DNA of 57,163 nucleotides from Burkholderiaceae bacterium (GTDB lineage Bacteria; Pseudomonadota; Gammaproteobacteria; Burkholderiales; Burkholderiaceae_B): NCBI GenBank assembly GCA_036834985.1, contig DAITMV010000002.1, positions 1 to 57,163 of the forward strand, read 5' to 3'. Shown piece by piece: positions 41,026 to 51,196 of this stretch (position 1 is its first letter; each line of letters starts with the position of its first letter). The notes under the pieces were generated by a model. It saw only the letters and a program-made list of their open reading frames with translations, ran no database searches and was not told where the DNA came from. The position numbers and the translations under genes were made by a program.

Positions 41026-41451
41026 ATGAAGACCAATGAACTGCCCATCATCACAGAGCAGGCCTTGCTCGCGATGCCTGAAGCTGATTACATGAATGAT
41101 GCCCAGTTGGCCTTTTTCCGTAAAAAGTTGCAGGACATGGAAAAAGAACTCCTGAGCAATGCCGGAGAAACCACCGAGCATTTGCGCGAAACCGTGATTG
41201 TTCCCGACCCGGCTGACCGCGCGACCATCGAGGAAGAACACGCCCTTGAGCTGCGCACCCGCGACCGTGAACGCAAGCTGCTCAAAAAAGTGCAACAATC
41301 ATTGGTTAAGATAGAAAACGGTGAATACGGCTGGTGTGAAGAAACTGGCGACCCGATCGGCGTAGCCCGTTTGCTGGCCCGCCCCACCGCCAACCTCTCG
41401 CTGGAAGCCCAACAGCGCCGCGAGCTCAAACAAAAGATGTACGGAGACTGA
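41026..41451 (+). CDS. dksA: DksA-family RNA polymerase-binding protein lacking the Cys4 zinc finger (DksA2-like)
   Basis: Coiled-coil with the DPADRATIEEE tip. The finger region reads YGWCEETGDPIG...TANLSLEAQ, against canonical CxxC...CxxC, so only one Cys is retained. Confidence 0.85.
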   Translation: MKTNELPIITEQALLAMPEADYMNDAQLAFFRKKLQDMEKELLSNAGETTEHLRETVIVPDPADRATIEEEHALELRTRDRERKLLKKVQQSLVKIENGEYGWCEETGDPIGVARLLARPTANLSLEAQQRRELKQKMYGD

Positions 41452-41831
41452 TGTCTGCAACGCTGTCCCGGGTGTTCCTCGGGTTCCTGATTCTGTGTAT
41501 TGTGGCGGTGCAAGGCATCGCCCTGATTCATAGGTACCAGCACGGACAAGGGCTGGATCAGGGAACCGTGCATACCAAGGGCCTTTATGCAGGTGTCTCC
41601 ATCTCGGGCGGCACTTTTGCAGGCACCGAGTCGGGAGCATTTCCCCAGCACGACGCATCTTTGTGTCAAATCATAGACCACGCCCTGGTTGATCACACGG
41701 TCGTAGTGACCCCTGTCGTCGATATCCACCCCGGCTCTGCCTGGTGCTTTGATGCACAGCCGGCACCTGCCAACCCTAAAACTGATCCGCGACTGGCCTT
41801 TTTGGCCCGTGGCCCGCCTGTTATCACCTGA
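41451..41831 (+). CDS. hypothetical membrane-anchored protein (possibly DUF2946-like)
   Basis: ATG overlaps the dksA stop (TGATG). N-terminal TM (VFLGFLILCIVAV), His/Cys-containing body, and a C-terminal ARGPP-type end reminiscent of DUF2946 proteins found beside TonB receptors. Confidence 0.4.
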   Translation: MSATLSRVFLGFLILCIVAVQGIALIHRYQHGQGLDQGTVHTKGLYAGVSISGGTFAGTESGAFPQHDASLCQIIDHALVDHTVVVTPVVDIHPGSAWCFDAQPAPANPKTDPRLAFLARGPPVIT

Positions 41832-41884
41832 CCCATCCTCTCTGGCGCGTGTGCGCCGTGTTGATTTTTTCTCAGGTGATATTC

Positions 41885-44086
41885 ATGTTTGTAGTTAAGC
41901 AGAGCCCTGCGGCCTGGCTGATGCCATTGGCCGTTCTGGGTGTTTGTCCGGCGCATGCACAAACGGCGCAAGCAGTATTGGCCGCAGCGCCTTCTTCCGT
42001 TCCGTCCTCCTCCGATCATCCACCGTCGCTCGGGGATGTGGTCGTCACCAGCAACCCGCTGGGGGGGGCTGCCAACGAACAGGTCAGCCCTGTGAAGGTG
42101 ATTCGTCGCGAGGAGCTGGAGGCCAAGCGTGCCGGTACCTTGGGTGAGACACTTGCCAACGAGCCAGGCGTAGCGGCCACAGGTTTTGGGCCCAATGCCA
42201 GCCGTCCGGTGATACGGGGGCTGGACGGTGATCGTATCAAGATTCTGAGCAACGGGATGGGCATGCTCGATGCCTCGGCCACCAGCGCCGACCATGCAGT
42301 GGCGTCCAATCCCATCGGTGCGGATCGCATCGAGGTGGTCCGCGGAGCGGCTGCCTTGCGGTATGGCGGCAATGCGGTGGGGGGCGTGATCAATGTGCTG
42401 GATGGCCGCATTCCAGTGGATGCTGACCCTGGTGTGTCCGGCGAGGTCCGGGCCTCGACCCAGTATTCATCCCGTCAAGACAATCTTGCCGCCAAAGTCA
42501 CCGCCGCCAGTGAGTCTTTGGCTGTGACGGCCGATGGGTTTACCAGTTCCAGTGGTGACACCGCCATTCCCGGGCTGGCCCGATCGGCTCGCGAACGGGC
42601 TGATACCAACCCGCGATTTGGCATGCCGGTGGGAGGAGAGCCGTCCGGACGGCTTAAAAACTCATACGGACATACCGAAGGCGGCAGTGTGGGGGGGGCC
42701 GTACGCGGCGAGTGGGGCAATGCCGGTCTGAGCGTACAAACCCTGCGTAACAACTACGGTGTCGGTGTTTTTTCAGAGCCTGACACCCGTATCGGCTTGA
42801 TGCAGGATCGGCAGGAGTTCAAAGGTCGGCTCAACACCACCGGATTTTTTACTACGCTGGATGTGTCGGCCATGAACAGCCGTTATCAGCACACCGAGTT
42901 CAACCAAGGCGCACCCGATACCACGTTCAAGACGGCGGGTCACGAGGAGCGGCTGGAGGCTACGCACCGCGCTCTTAGCCTGTGGGATACGCCGCTGACC
43001 GGTGTCCTGGGCCTGCAAACCGGGCGTTCTACTTTTGCTGCCACCAACGCCGCAGGGGCCAATTCATTTTTACCGAATACCACCACACAGACACAAGCGC
43101 TGTACCTGACCGAACAGGCTCGGGCAGGGGCACTGAGCTGGAGTGCGGGTCTGCGTCATGAGCGCCATCAGGTCGGTGCTGACGACAGCGTGGCAGCGCT
43201 CGGTTGCAACGGAGCGCAGCAAAAAGACTTTCCGTTGACCAGTGCCAATGCCGGCGGCCGGTATGCGCTGTCTGGCGGTCACGCGGTGTCTTTACAACTG
43301 AGTCATACGGAGCGGGCACCCACCTATCAGGAGCTGTTTGCCTGTGGTGAACATGCAGCCACCCTGGCCAATGAGTACGGCAACCGTGAGCTCAATAAGG
43401 AAAGAGCCAACCAGATTGAACTGGGCTGGGCGTTTGAGGCCGGACCCACGCAACTCACCGCCAATGCTTACCGCCAGCAATTTGCCAATTACATTGCCTT
43501 GATCGCAGACCCGGCTTCGCTGACCAGCCCGACCGCTGATACGGGCCGCGGCAACCGGGGCCGTTTTGAGTCACCCGACCCGACCACCGGCGCGATGCGG
43601 TTTTTCCCGGATTACCTCTATACGCCGGTGCGCGCGCGTTTTACCGGGTTTGAGGCGCAGTGGCGCCAAGCCCTGGTGGCTGAATCGCTGGGCCTGCCAG
43701 CAGCCTACAAACCGTCGATAGAGTTGCGTTGGGATGCAGTGCGAGCGGTGGACCAAACCAATGGCCAACCCTTGCCCCGCATCGCGCCGATGCGCCTGGG
43801 GGTGTCGGGTGTGTTGGGCTATCCCAAGGGCAGTGCACGGGTGGATGTCCAGTACAGCGCCCGTCAGCGGCAGATCGCCGCCGCCGAGTTGCCCACCGAT
43901 GCCTACACGATGGTCAATGCCTATGCGTCATACCGGATCCACACCTCGGCGCAAAGCTCAACCGAGTTGTTTGCCAAGGTTAATAACCTGTTGAATCAGG
44001 AAGGGCGCAACCCGGTATCGTTTCTGAAAGACGTGGTGCCCTTGCCCGGCCGCAGTGTCACTGTGGGTATCAAGACGCTGTTTTAA
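41885..44086 (+). CDS. TonB-dependent outer-membrane receptor
   Basis: Signal peptide, plug domain (IEVVRGAAALRYGGNAVGGVINV), and a beta-barrel ending in the terminal TVGIKTLF motif. Start set at ATG 41885. Confidence 0.9.
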   Translation: MFVVKQSPAAWLMPLAVLGVCPAHAQTAQAVLAAAPSSVPSSSDHPPSLGDVVVTSNPLGGAANEQVSPVKVIRREELEAKRAGTLGETLANEPGVAATGFGPNASRPVIRGLDGDRIKILSNGMGMLDASATSADHAVASNPIGADRIEVVRGAAALRYGGNAVGGVINVLDGRIPVDADPGVSGEVRASTQYSSRQDNLAAKVTAASESLAVTADGFTSSSGDTAIPGLARSARERADTNPRFGMPVGGEPSGRLKNSYGHTEGGSVGGAVRGEWGNAGLSVQTLRNNYGVGVFSEPDTRIGLMQDRQEFKGRLNTTGFFTTLDVSAMNSRYQHTEFNQGAPDTTFKTAGHEERLEATHRALSLWDTPLTGVLGLQTGRSTFAATNAAGANSFLPNTTTQTQALYLTEQARAGALSWSAGLRHERHQVGADDSVAALGCNGAQQKDFPLTSANAGGRYALSGGHAVSLQLSHTERAPTYQELFACGEHAATLANEYGNRELNKERANQIELGWAFEAGPTQLTANAYRQQFANYIALIADPASLTSPTADTGRGNRGRFESPDPTTGAMRFFPDYLYTPVRARFTGFEAQWRQALVAESLGLPAAYKPSIELRWDAVRAVDQTNGQPLPRIAPMRLGVSGVLGYPKGSARVDVQYSARQRQIAAAELPTDAYTMVNAYASYRIHTSAQSSTELFAKVNNLLNQEGRNPVSFLKDVVPLPGRSVTVGIKTLF

Positions 44087-44969
44087 GCGCCAACGCCCGC
44101 TCGTATACGGTGTTTTTGGGCAATCCGGTCCACTGGGTAGCCCATTGCACCGCGGTTTTGGTGGGCACCTGGGTCAGCAACTGACCCAGCAGGGTGTCCA
44201 GATCAACCTGCAAGCCCGCCAGGTGGCTCGCGGCGTTGTCCTGGACCGCCGCTGACGGAGCGATCACCAGCGCAAATTCGCCCCGCTCACCGTGGCTGTC
44301 TGCCAGCAGTTGTTCGTTCACCTGTGCCACGGTACCGCGGTAAAAATGCTCAAACCGCTTGGTGATTTCGCGACCCACACAGCAGTCCTGCTCGCCAGCC
44401 TGGGCGGCCAGTAACTGCTTGAACAAATCGTGAATGCGATGGGGGGCTTCAAACAGCACCACCGGGCAGGTGTGCGCCAATGCCTGTTGCAGGGCCTGTT
44501 CGCGGGCTTTACCTTTGGAGGGTAAAAACCCGGTGAAATGAAACTCACCGTCGACCAAACCGCTGGCCGCCACAATCGCCAATACACTGCTGGCGCCTGG
44601 GACCGGCACCACAGGGTAGCCCTGTGCCGCAGCGGCCTTGACCACACGTGCGCCCGGATCAGATACGGCAGGGGTGCCCGCGTCGCTGATCAGCGCGATG
44701 TCTTCCCCGGCGGCTAGACACTCGATGATTTTGTCAGCCGATTGGGCTTCGTTGTGGCTGTGACTGCTGATCAAGGGTTTTTTCAGGCCCAGCAAGGTGA
44801 GCAATTGCCCGGCGACACGGGTGTCCTCGGCGGCCACCCGGTGAACACGCTCGAGGACTTCCCGTCCACGGGCTGACATGTCACCCATATTGCCGATGGG
44901 CGTTGCCACTATGTAGAGGGTGCCGCTGGTTGGGCTCGTAGGATGGTCGGTCTTGGTATCGTGTGTCAT
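44070..44969 (-). CDS. rsmI: 16S rRNA (cytidine1402-2'-O)-methyltransferase
   Basis: GTLYIVATPIGNMGDMS N-terminus and a tetrapyrrole-methylase fold. It is convergent with the receptor gene and overlaps its end by 17 nt. Confidence 0.9.
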   Translation of the reverse strand: MTHDTKTDHPTSPTSGTLYIVATPIGNMGDMSARGREVLERVHRVAAEDTRVAGQLLTLLGLKKPLISSHSHNEAQSADKIIECLAAGEDIALISDAGTPAVSDPGARVVKAAAAQGYPVVPVPGASSVLAIVAASGLVDGEFHFTGFLPSKGKAREQALQQALAHTCPVVLFEAPHRIHDLFKQLLAAQAGEQDCCVGREITKRFEHFYRGTVAQVNEQLLADSHGERGEFALVIAPSAAVQDNAASHLAGLQVDLDTLLGQLLTQVPTKTAVQWATQWTGLPKNTVYERALALKTAS

Positions 44970-45008
44970 GGTGATATTGTGGTGCTTCCGTGGAAAGCGG
45001 GCAAATCG

Positions 45009-45455
45009 GTGCGTCTGGATCGAGCCTCGACTGGCTCACCTGCTCGGCCTGCATGGCTTAAAAAAGATCGACCGACGGGCCCGTCGACGGCACCCAACCG
45101 CCGCCAGCTCGGTGATGATTGGGAACACAAGGCGGCACAATGGCTGCAAGCGCAGGGCCTTCGTTTGGTCGCCCGGCAGGTGAATTACCGTTTTGGGGAA
45201 ATTGACCTGATCATGGGGGATGGCACCACAGCCGTTATTGTGGAGGTACGCCAGCGCAGTTCGTCACACTATGGCAGCGCAGCCGACAGTATCATGGGAC
45301 TCAAACGTCGCAAAGTGGAGCGGGCGGCGCAGTTATGGTGGCAGCAGCACGGACACAAAGAATTTGAACATTTGCGGTTTGACGTGGTCACATTTGAGCA
45401 AAATAAAGGCCCGCAGTGGCTAATTGCCGCATGGAGCGACTCAGCGTGGCTATAA
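45009..45455 (+). CDS. yraN: YraN family endonuclease-like protein (UPF0102)
   Basis: GDDWEHKAAQWLQAQGLRLVARQVNYRFGEIDLIM core. Start uncertain: ATG 44943 would overlap the rsmI start, and GTG 45009 is chosen. Confidence 0.75.
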   Translation: MRLDRASTGSPARPAWLKKDRPTGPSTAPNRRQLGDDWEHKAAQWLQAQGLRLVARQVNYRFGEIDLIMGDGTTAVIVEVRQRSSSHYGSAADSIMGLKRRKVERAAQLWWQQHGHKEFEHLRFDVVTFEQNKGPQWLIAAWSDSAWL

Positions 45456-45465
45456 TCAACGCTAA

Positions 45466-46098
<633 letters not shown>

Positions 46099-46743
46099 AT
46101 GATCAAAGGCAACGGCCGTAGTGCCGCCCTGTTGTTGGTAGCAGCCCTGGGCGTGGTGCCCGTGTTGCAAGGTTGTTTCACGCTTGCCGCTGCTGGCATG
46201 GCCACTGGCACACTGGCTGCCACCGACCGTCGCACGCTGGGTACCCAGGTTGAGGATCGTACGATTCAGGTCAAATCGTCCACCAAGTTATCATCCTATG
46301 GCGACAATGTGCATGCCAACGCCACGGTGTTCAACATGCGCGTGCTGTTGACTGGCGAGGTGCCGGATGCCGCCACCAAAGAGGCGATTGAACGCGATAT
46401 TTCGACCATCGAAAACGTCCGTTTTATTGTTAACGAATTGTCTGTCGAAGGTAAAAGCTCGCTGACCTCTCGTTCAAACGATGCGCTGATCACCGGCAAG
46501 GTCAAGGCATCGATGATTGATGCCAAGGATGTGTTTGCTAATGCGTTTAAGGTTACCACCGAACGTGGCACTGTCTACTTGATGGGAGTGGTGACTGCGC
46601 GCGAAGCGCAGCGTGCTGCCGAGGTGGCGGCCAATGTATCGGGCGTGGCGCGTGTGGTTAAAGTGGTGGATGTGATAAGCGAGGCGGAGTTGCAAAACCT
46701 GCAAGTGACCCCCGCCAAAGATCAGCCAGGGCCGAATCAATAA
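46099..46743 (+). CDS. dolP: dual-BON-domain outer-membrane lipoprotein (DolP/YraP-like)
   Basis: Lipobox VLQGC and two BON-like repeats (DRTIQVK..., DALITGKVKAS...VYLMGVV). Confidence 0.7.
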   Translation: MIKGNGRSAALLLVAALGVVPVLQGCFTLAAAGMATGTLAATDRRTLGTQVEDRTIQVKSSTKLSSYGDNVHANATVFNMRVLLTGEVPDAATKEAIERDISTIENVRFIVNELSVEGKSSLTSRSNDALITGKVKASMIDAKDVFANAFKVTTERGTVYLMGVVTAREAQRAAEVAANVSGVARVVKVVDVISEAELQNLQVTPAKDQPGPNQ

Positions 46744-46759
46744 GCGCAGTGAGGTGAGT

Positions 46760-47266
46760 ATGAAGGGGCTGCACATCGCACTGGTTCGACGGCTGACAGG
46801 CGCATCACTGCTGTGTGCCTTGCTATTACTCACCGCCTGTGGTGATCAGGCACCGCCTGTGGCGTTTCAAACCATCACCGGGCAGGTGTTTGGTCCCGAG
46901 CAATACAAGGGTAAGGTGATGTTGGTGAACTTCTGGGCCACCAGTTGTTCAACCTGCATCAAGGAAATGCCCGAGATGGTACAAACCCACAACAAGTACA
47001 AAGCCCAAGGCCTCGAAACCGTCGCGGTGGCCATGAGTTACGATGTACCGGCCTTTGTTGTGAATTTTACGGAAACCCGACAGTTGCCTTTTAAGGTGGC
47101 GTTGGACCTCAAAGGCGAAGCCGCCCGTCAATATGGGCAGGTGCAATTGACGCCCACTACGTTTTTGGTCGACAAGCACGGCCGTATCGTCAAAAAATTT
47201 GTGGGTGAGCCCAATTTTGATGATTTACACGCCCTGATCGAAAAAGCCTTGGCTGAACAAGTCTGA
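46760..47266 (+). CDS. TlpA-family thiol:disulfide oxidoreductase (redoxin), lipoprotein
   Basis: LLLTAC lipobox and the VNFWATSCSTCIKEMPE CxxC motif. Confidence 0.85.
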   Translation: MKGLHIALVRRLTGASLLCALLLLTACGDQAPPVAFQTITGQVFGPEQYKGKVMLVNFWATSCSTCIKEMPEMVQTHNKYKAQGLETVAVAMSYDVPAFVVNFTETRQLPFKVALDLKGEAARQYGQVQLTPTTFLVDKHGRIVKKFVGEPNFDDLHALIEKALAEQV

Positions 47267-47326
47267 ATCAGCCCCTGGCGGGTCACCCGCTAACCATGCT
47301 TAAACGCCGCTGTCTGAACGGTTCGT

Positions 47327-48154
47327 TCAGGCGACAATCTGCTCTGCTGCCTCCCGATGTACCGCCCAGTAATCCGCTTGATGACGAATATCGTCCCACC
47401 GTAACTGCAAACGGGCGGTTGCCTCTGGCACGTAATGCCCCCAGACTTCGCTGGAGATGCCGTTGTCCAGGTCCATTGCCAGGCTGACTGCGCATTGCAC
47501 AATATCAGCCAGTGGGTTGTTGTCTGTGTGATCCAGTTGCGGGTAATAACGAATCGCCTGGGCAATTGGAGTGGGCAGCTTCCAACGGTGGGCTATCTCT
47601 GCGCCCACATCTCCGTGATGAAATCCCAGTCTGTCCCGCTCAACGGCTGCGCGCTCCGTGGCGGTGTAGTGGGAGCACACGGACTCGATGCTGGCCGCAG
47701 CCTCCGGAAACACAGCATGGATCGATAAAATCCCCAAACCATGCATCAGCGCTGCGGTGTAGGCCAGGTCTTGGGGTTGGTGCAAGGACTTGGCGATGTC
47801 TTTGGCGATCAAGCCCGACAGCACGCTCAAACGCCAAAACCGATGCATGTCAAACCCGGGTGGTGCTGTAAAGCACCCCACCAGACCTGATGCAATCACC
47901 AGCGTGCGAACGGCTTCAAAGCCTACCAGCATGATGGCATCGTCAATACTACCCACTTGTCTGGGTAGCCCAAAATGGGCTGAGTTGGCCAGGCGAAGCA
48001 CCTTGGCGCTCAGGGCTGGATCCAGCGAGAGGGGTTTGCTGATTTGTTCAACATCAACATCATTCGAGTTGAGCGTCAGCAACACATCATGCATGACACG
48101 TGGTATCGACGGCAGGGCTTTCGCACTGTCAAACAAGCGTTCCATGGGACTCAT
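47327..48154 (-). CDS. HDOD domain-containing signalling protein
   Basis: Stand-alone HDOD-type sequence (LPSIPRVMHDVLLTL..., HGLGILSIHAVFPE). Confidence 0.75.
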   Translation of the reverse strand: MSPMERLFDSAKALPSIPRVMHDVLLTLNSNDVDVEQISKPLSLDPALSAKVLRLANSAHFGLPRQVGSIDDAIMLVGFEAVRTLVIASGLVGCFTAPPGFDMHRFWRLSVLSGLIAKDIAKSLHQPQDLAYTAALMHGLGILSIHAVFPEAAASIESVCSHYTATERAAVERDRLGFHHGDVGAEIAHRWKLPTPIAQAIRYYPQLDHTDNNPLADIVQCAVSLAMDLDNGISSEVWGHYVPEATARLQLRWDDIRHQADYWAVHREAAEQIVA

Positions 48155-48448
48155 AGTGCATACATTGTGATGGTCGTGATGATTGATATAAGGATGTGCC
48201 TTTTAACCGTGATGGGGGGGCGTAAAAAAGGGGGATTTCACCCCGTAATTTGTCGTCTAAATGTGTCTCCTGTTTAACAATTTGAATAGCTGGTATGATC
48301 AATTGCTCAGCCAAGCGCCGCGCCAATGTAGGGTTTCTTTTGCGTTTAAGTCGATGTCTAATGATGCAGGCACCCTGCTGCCATCGGCTTATGCCATCAA
48401 GCGTGGTGATGCCCACCACTCTGACAATCACAACAACAGGAGACCGCC

Positions 48449-48982
48449 ATGTTGGGAATTCCATTGGGCCTGCTCACCGCCAACGCGGTGGAATGGGGTA
48501 TGCATAAATATGTGTTGCACGGCATGGGCAAAACACGCGGTACATTCTGGGCGTTTCATTTTCATGAGCACCACAAAGAAGTGCGGCAAAACGGCTACTA
48601 CGACCCCAATTACGAGCGCTTCCCGCTGGGCTTACACGCTCAGGGCAAGGAAACCTGGGGACTGATTGCATCGGCTGTGGCCGTGGCGCCCTTGTTCCCG
48701 GTGGCTCCTTTTTTTGTGGGCACACTCTGGTACTGCGGGCTGAACTATTACCGCGTGCATAAACGTTCGCACATGGACCCGGCTTGGGGCAAAGCCAACA
48801 TTCCGTGGCACTATGACCACCACATGGGCCGCAACCCCAGCGCTAACTGGTGTGTCACAAAACCCTGGTTTGATTACGTGATGGGCACACGCGAATTTGA
48901 TCCCGATACCCCGCACGAAACCAATATGCTGGGCGTCAAAAATTTACCCCAGTGGTTAGACACCTTACTCGCGCCACGCTAA
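48449..48982 (+). CDS. fatty-acid-hydroxylase-like membrane protein (His-box di-iron family)
   Basis: His boxes HFHEHH, HKRSH and HYDHH, with hydrophobic segments between them. Confidence 0.5.
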   Translation: MLGIPLGLLTANAVEWGMHKYVLHGMGKTRGTFWAFHFHEHHKEVRQNGYYDPNYERFPLGLHAQGKETWGLIASAVAVAPLFPVAPFFVGTLWYCGLNYYRVHKRSHMDPAWGKANIPWHYDHHMGRNPSANWCVTKPWFDYVMGTREFDPDTPHETNMLGVKNLPQWLDTLLAPR

Positions 48983-48992
48983 TTAGGAGGAC

Positions 48993-49415
48993 ATGATGAA
49001 GATCACCGTTCAAACCACCGTACACGCACCCTTGCCGGCAGTGTGGAAGGCCTACACCAGCCCCGACGATATCGTGCAATGGAACACCGCCTCCGAGGAT
49101 TGGCACACCACACAGGCCAGTGTTGACTTGCGGGTAGGTGGGCAATTTTCATCACGCATGGAAGCCAAAGACGGCAGCTTCGGCTTTGACTTTGCGGGCA
49201 CCTATACCCAGGTTATTCCCGAGCAGCTGATTGAATATTCATTTGGCAATCGCCACGCTCAGGTGGCGTTTGCCAAGGGCCCGGCAGGTGTGACTGTCAC
49301 GGTGACGTTTGATGCCGAAGACACCCATTCCGTTGAGCAGCAACAAGGCGGGTGGCAGGCGATTCTTGGGAACTTCAAGACGCATGTTGAAGGATCCACG
49401 CCGACAGGTCGTTGA
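48993..49415 (+). CDS. SRPBCC family protein (AHSA1/Aha1-like)
   Basis: MKITVQTTVHAPLPAVWKAYTSPDDIVQWN... plus the GGWQAILGNFK C-terminus typical of the AHSA1-domain family. Confidence 0.8.
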   Translation: MMKITVQTTVHAPLPAVWKAYTSPDDIVQWNTASEDWHTTQASVDLRVGGQFSSRMEAKDGSFGFDFAGTYTQVIPEQLIEYSFGNRHAQVAFAKGPAGVTVTVTFDAEDTHSVEQQQGGWQAILGNFKTHVEGSTPTGR

Positions 49416-50184
49416 CCACAGTCCCTTCAATGCCGTTGTAACCGTGATGGGACGATGCCTCACACGGGTCGCCTCGTGATGTGCCACCTGTAAAGTTGAG
49501 AACGGCTTTGCGGGGTGAGGCGGAGAGCTTTTGCATCAACGACGGTACGAGGCTATACGAGCAGAGCCTGCAGCCATCGAGTTCGTGATGCACAACGAGT
49601 ACCGGAACCGTAATTTTTTCCAGCGGCAGGCTTGTCACCGGGACGGAGTTGTTGTCCGACAGGATGGTAGACGACAGGACGATACCGTCAGGCCCATCGC
49701 GACGAGGTGGCTCGCTGGCAAGCTCTGTCGCGATATACGCAACCGACTGTGTGCCGCGACTGGTACCCACCAGCCACACCGGTATGTTGGCGCGCTCGCG
49801 CACCCAACTTATCACCGCTTTGACATCCTCTACATGCTGGCTGGTTTGCCTAAAGCCTGTGAGGAACGGTGGAACCTGCCGGTCCGAGGGCGCATCGATC
49901 AGCACGGTCATGAAACCCTGATCGGCAAACAACTGGCGGCTCCTCACCAAAAAATTATTCTTGCCCCAGCCAATATTGCCGTTGCCTGTTAGTTGCAGGC
50001 CACCGTGCCCTCCTGCAAACAGAATCACGGCGGCTTTTGGCGCGTGCGGGGTGATGACGAGCACGCGTTGCGTAATGCCCGGGCGGGTGGGTATGTCGAC
50101 GATACGCGAAGGTACCTGCCCGTGAGCCGAATAGACCCAGGACAAGAGGTTGAAAACCATCAAGAATCTGAGGAGTTGGGACAT
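49375..50184 (-). CDS. secreted alpha/beta hydrolase
   Basis: Signal peptide, LFAGGHGG region and GTSRG nucleophile elbow. Confidence 0.6.
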   Translation of the reverse strand: MSQLLRFLMVFNLLSWVYSAHGQVPSRIVDIPTRPGITQRVLVITPHAPKAAVILFAGGHGGLQLTGNGNIGWGKNNFLVRSRQLFADQGFMTVLIDAPSDRQVPPFLTGFRQTSQHVEDVKAVISWVRERANIPVWLVGTSRGTQSVAYIATELASEPPRRDGPDGIVLSSTILSDNNSVPVTSLPLEKITVPVLVVHHELDGCRLCSYSLVPSLMQKLSASPRKAVLNFTGGTSRGDPCEASSHHGYNGIEGTVVNDLSAWILQHAS

Positions 50185-50291
50185 GTGCTGTGATTATCTC
50201 CGAAGGGGTTGGTTTGCGCTGCTCGGTACTGGTAGTATCGCCGGCGAACTGCCACAAAACCACTGCAGCCACTTAACTCGTGCTTCAGTCA

Positions 50292-50741
50292 TCAGGGCTT
50301 GAGCGTGGAGAGATACGCGGAAAGCGCCAGCCTGCATGCCCCACAACTGGCGACGATATACGTCGGTGAGCGCCCGGCGATCGACGGGATCGTACCCAGA
50401 CCGCGAAAATCTGCACCATGACACCCCGCACAGGCGAGTGCTGAATTACCGCTCGGTGCCCGCGTCAAGTTCATGCCCTTATTGACGCTACCCAGCGGAA
50501 CGTTGGCGATGAACTGTACGCGCACATCTCGCAGTACTTCGAATCGCTTCAGGTTGTCCGGCACTTCACCAATCCGATCGTGGTGCAGTTTTTCCTGGGC
50601 CCCATCTTCGCTGGCAGATACGATCAGGCCACGGTTAACGACTTTGGGCGCTGCCAGCAGGGCGAAGGCGAGAAATGTCCGGGACTCACGTGTTGAGGGT
50701 GCATAGCTTACTTTTAAGGTGCGGCGATGATCTGTGATGCT
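50292..50741 (-). pseudogene. c-type cytochrome gene remnant (no usable start, frame break near 3' end)
   Basis: CAGCHG haem motif followed by IPSIAGRSPTYIV. The expected continuation ...RRQLWGMQAGA is in another frame. The open frame upstream (…SRTFLAFALLAAPKVV…) has no ATG/GTG/TTG before GTG 50564. Confidence 0.5.
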
Positions 50742-50881
50742 TCAAGATTGAGCGATGTCAGGGGAAGTGCCGTCAATGTCCTGCTCCCCATATGGGGCGT
50801 GAGGGCGGACATTCGTAGCCTGAGCCCTAGGCAAATCAATCAACCTGACCTAGCAGTTCAAGCATCCGCGGAGCGCGGGCT

Positions 50882-51196
50882 TTGAGCGTCTATTTAGTAC
50901 TTGCTCCGAGCCCAGACCCCCAGCAAAGGCAGGCCGGGCGACGCTCGGGTGCCATTGACAACAATCACATTGAGAACCGAATACGGCCCGTCGCGATTGG
51001 AAGAATCAACTGGATGTTTGTCGGCAGTGAACGGACGGGCAAGCGCGCGGCCGCAGTGATGAGTTTGATTCAATCGGCAAAACTGAATGGTCACGACCCC
51101 TACCGGTTGCAAAAGTTAGTTGATCCATTACTACTCACCGTCAAAGTTATTGATCGCATTGTCGCAAATGATGCGACTTATTCAGAGTTTCCCTAA
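50882..51196 (+). mobile_element. IS66-family transposase (TnpC) C-terminal fragment, truncated at both ends
   Basis: IDNNHIENRIRPVAIGRINWMFVGSERTGKRAAAVMSLIQSAKLNGHDPY is the conserved C-terminal block of IS66 transposases. There is no N-terminal portion, no tnpA/tnpB and no IRs. Similarity stops at about 51105. Confidence 0.75.

Noticed and set aside
41088-42295. 213-aa and 200-aa minus-strand ORFs
   Set aside because: Antisense to dksA, the small ORF and the TonB receptor. No motifs, and a composition typical of shadow frames.
44070-44086. 17-nt convergent overlap of the TonB receptor and rsmI 3' ends, and the rsmI/yraN divergent start overlap
   Set aside because: Short 3' overlaps are common in compact genomes. 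The 5' overlap disappears if yraN starts at GTG 45009, so it is not treated as a finding.
50292-50320. C-terminal LSAYLSTLKP of the cytochrome remnant resembling the usual AAYLASL ending, suggesting a simple in-frame deletion
   Set aside because: It follows the haem-site motif too closely, and the RQLWGMQAGA motif is in another frame. The resemblance may be coincidental, so I only call the locus degraded.
50703-50711. GCTTAC (reverse of the GTAAGC typical of IS66 ends) as a candidate IS66 inverted repeat
   Set aside because: The orientation and position are wrong relative to the transposase fragment (upstream of a C-terminal remnant), and there is no matching second end.
50786-50797. Perfect palindrome CCCCATATGGGG in the non-coding stretch left of the IS66 fragment
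   Set aside because: It is a single short palindrome with no partner copy or adjacent regulator, so I cannot assign a function. It could be chance or an RNA hairpin.
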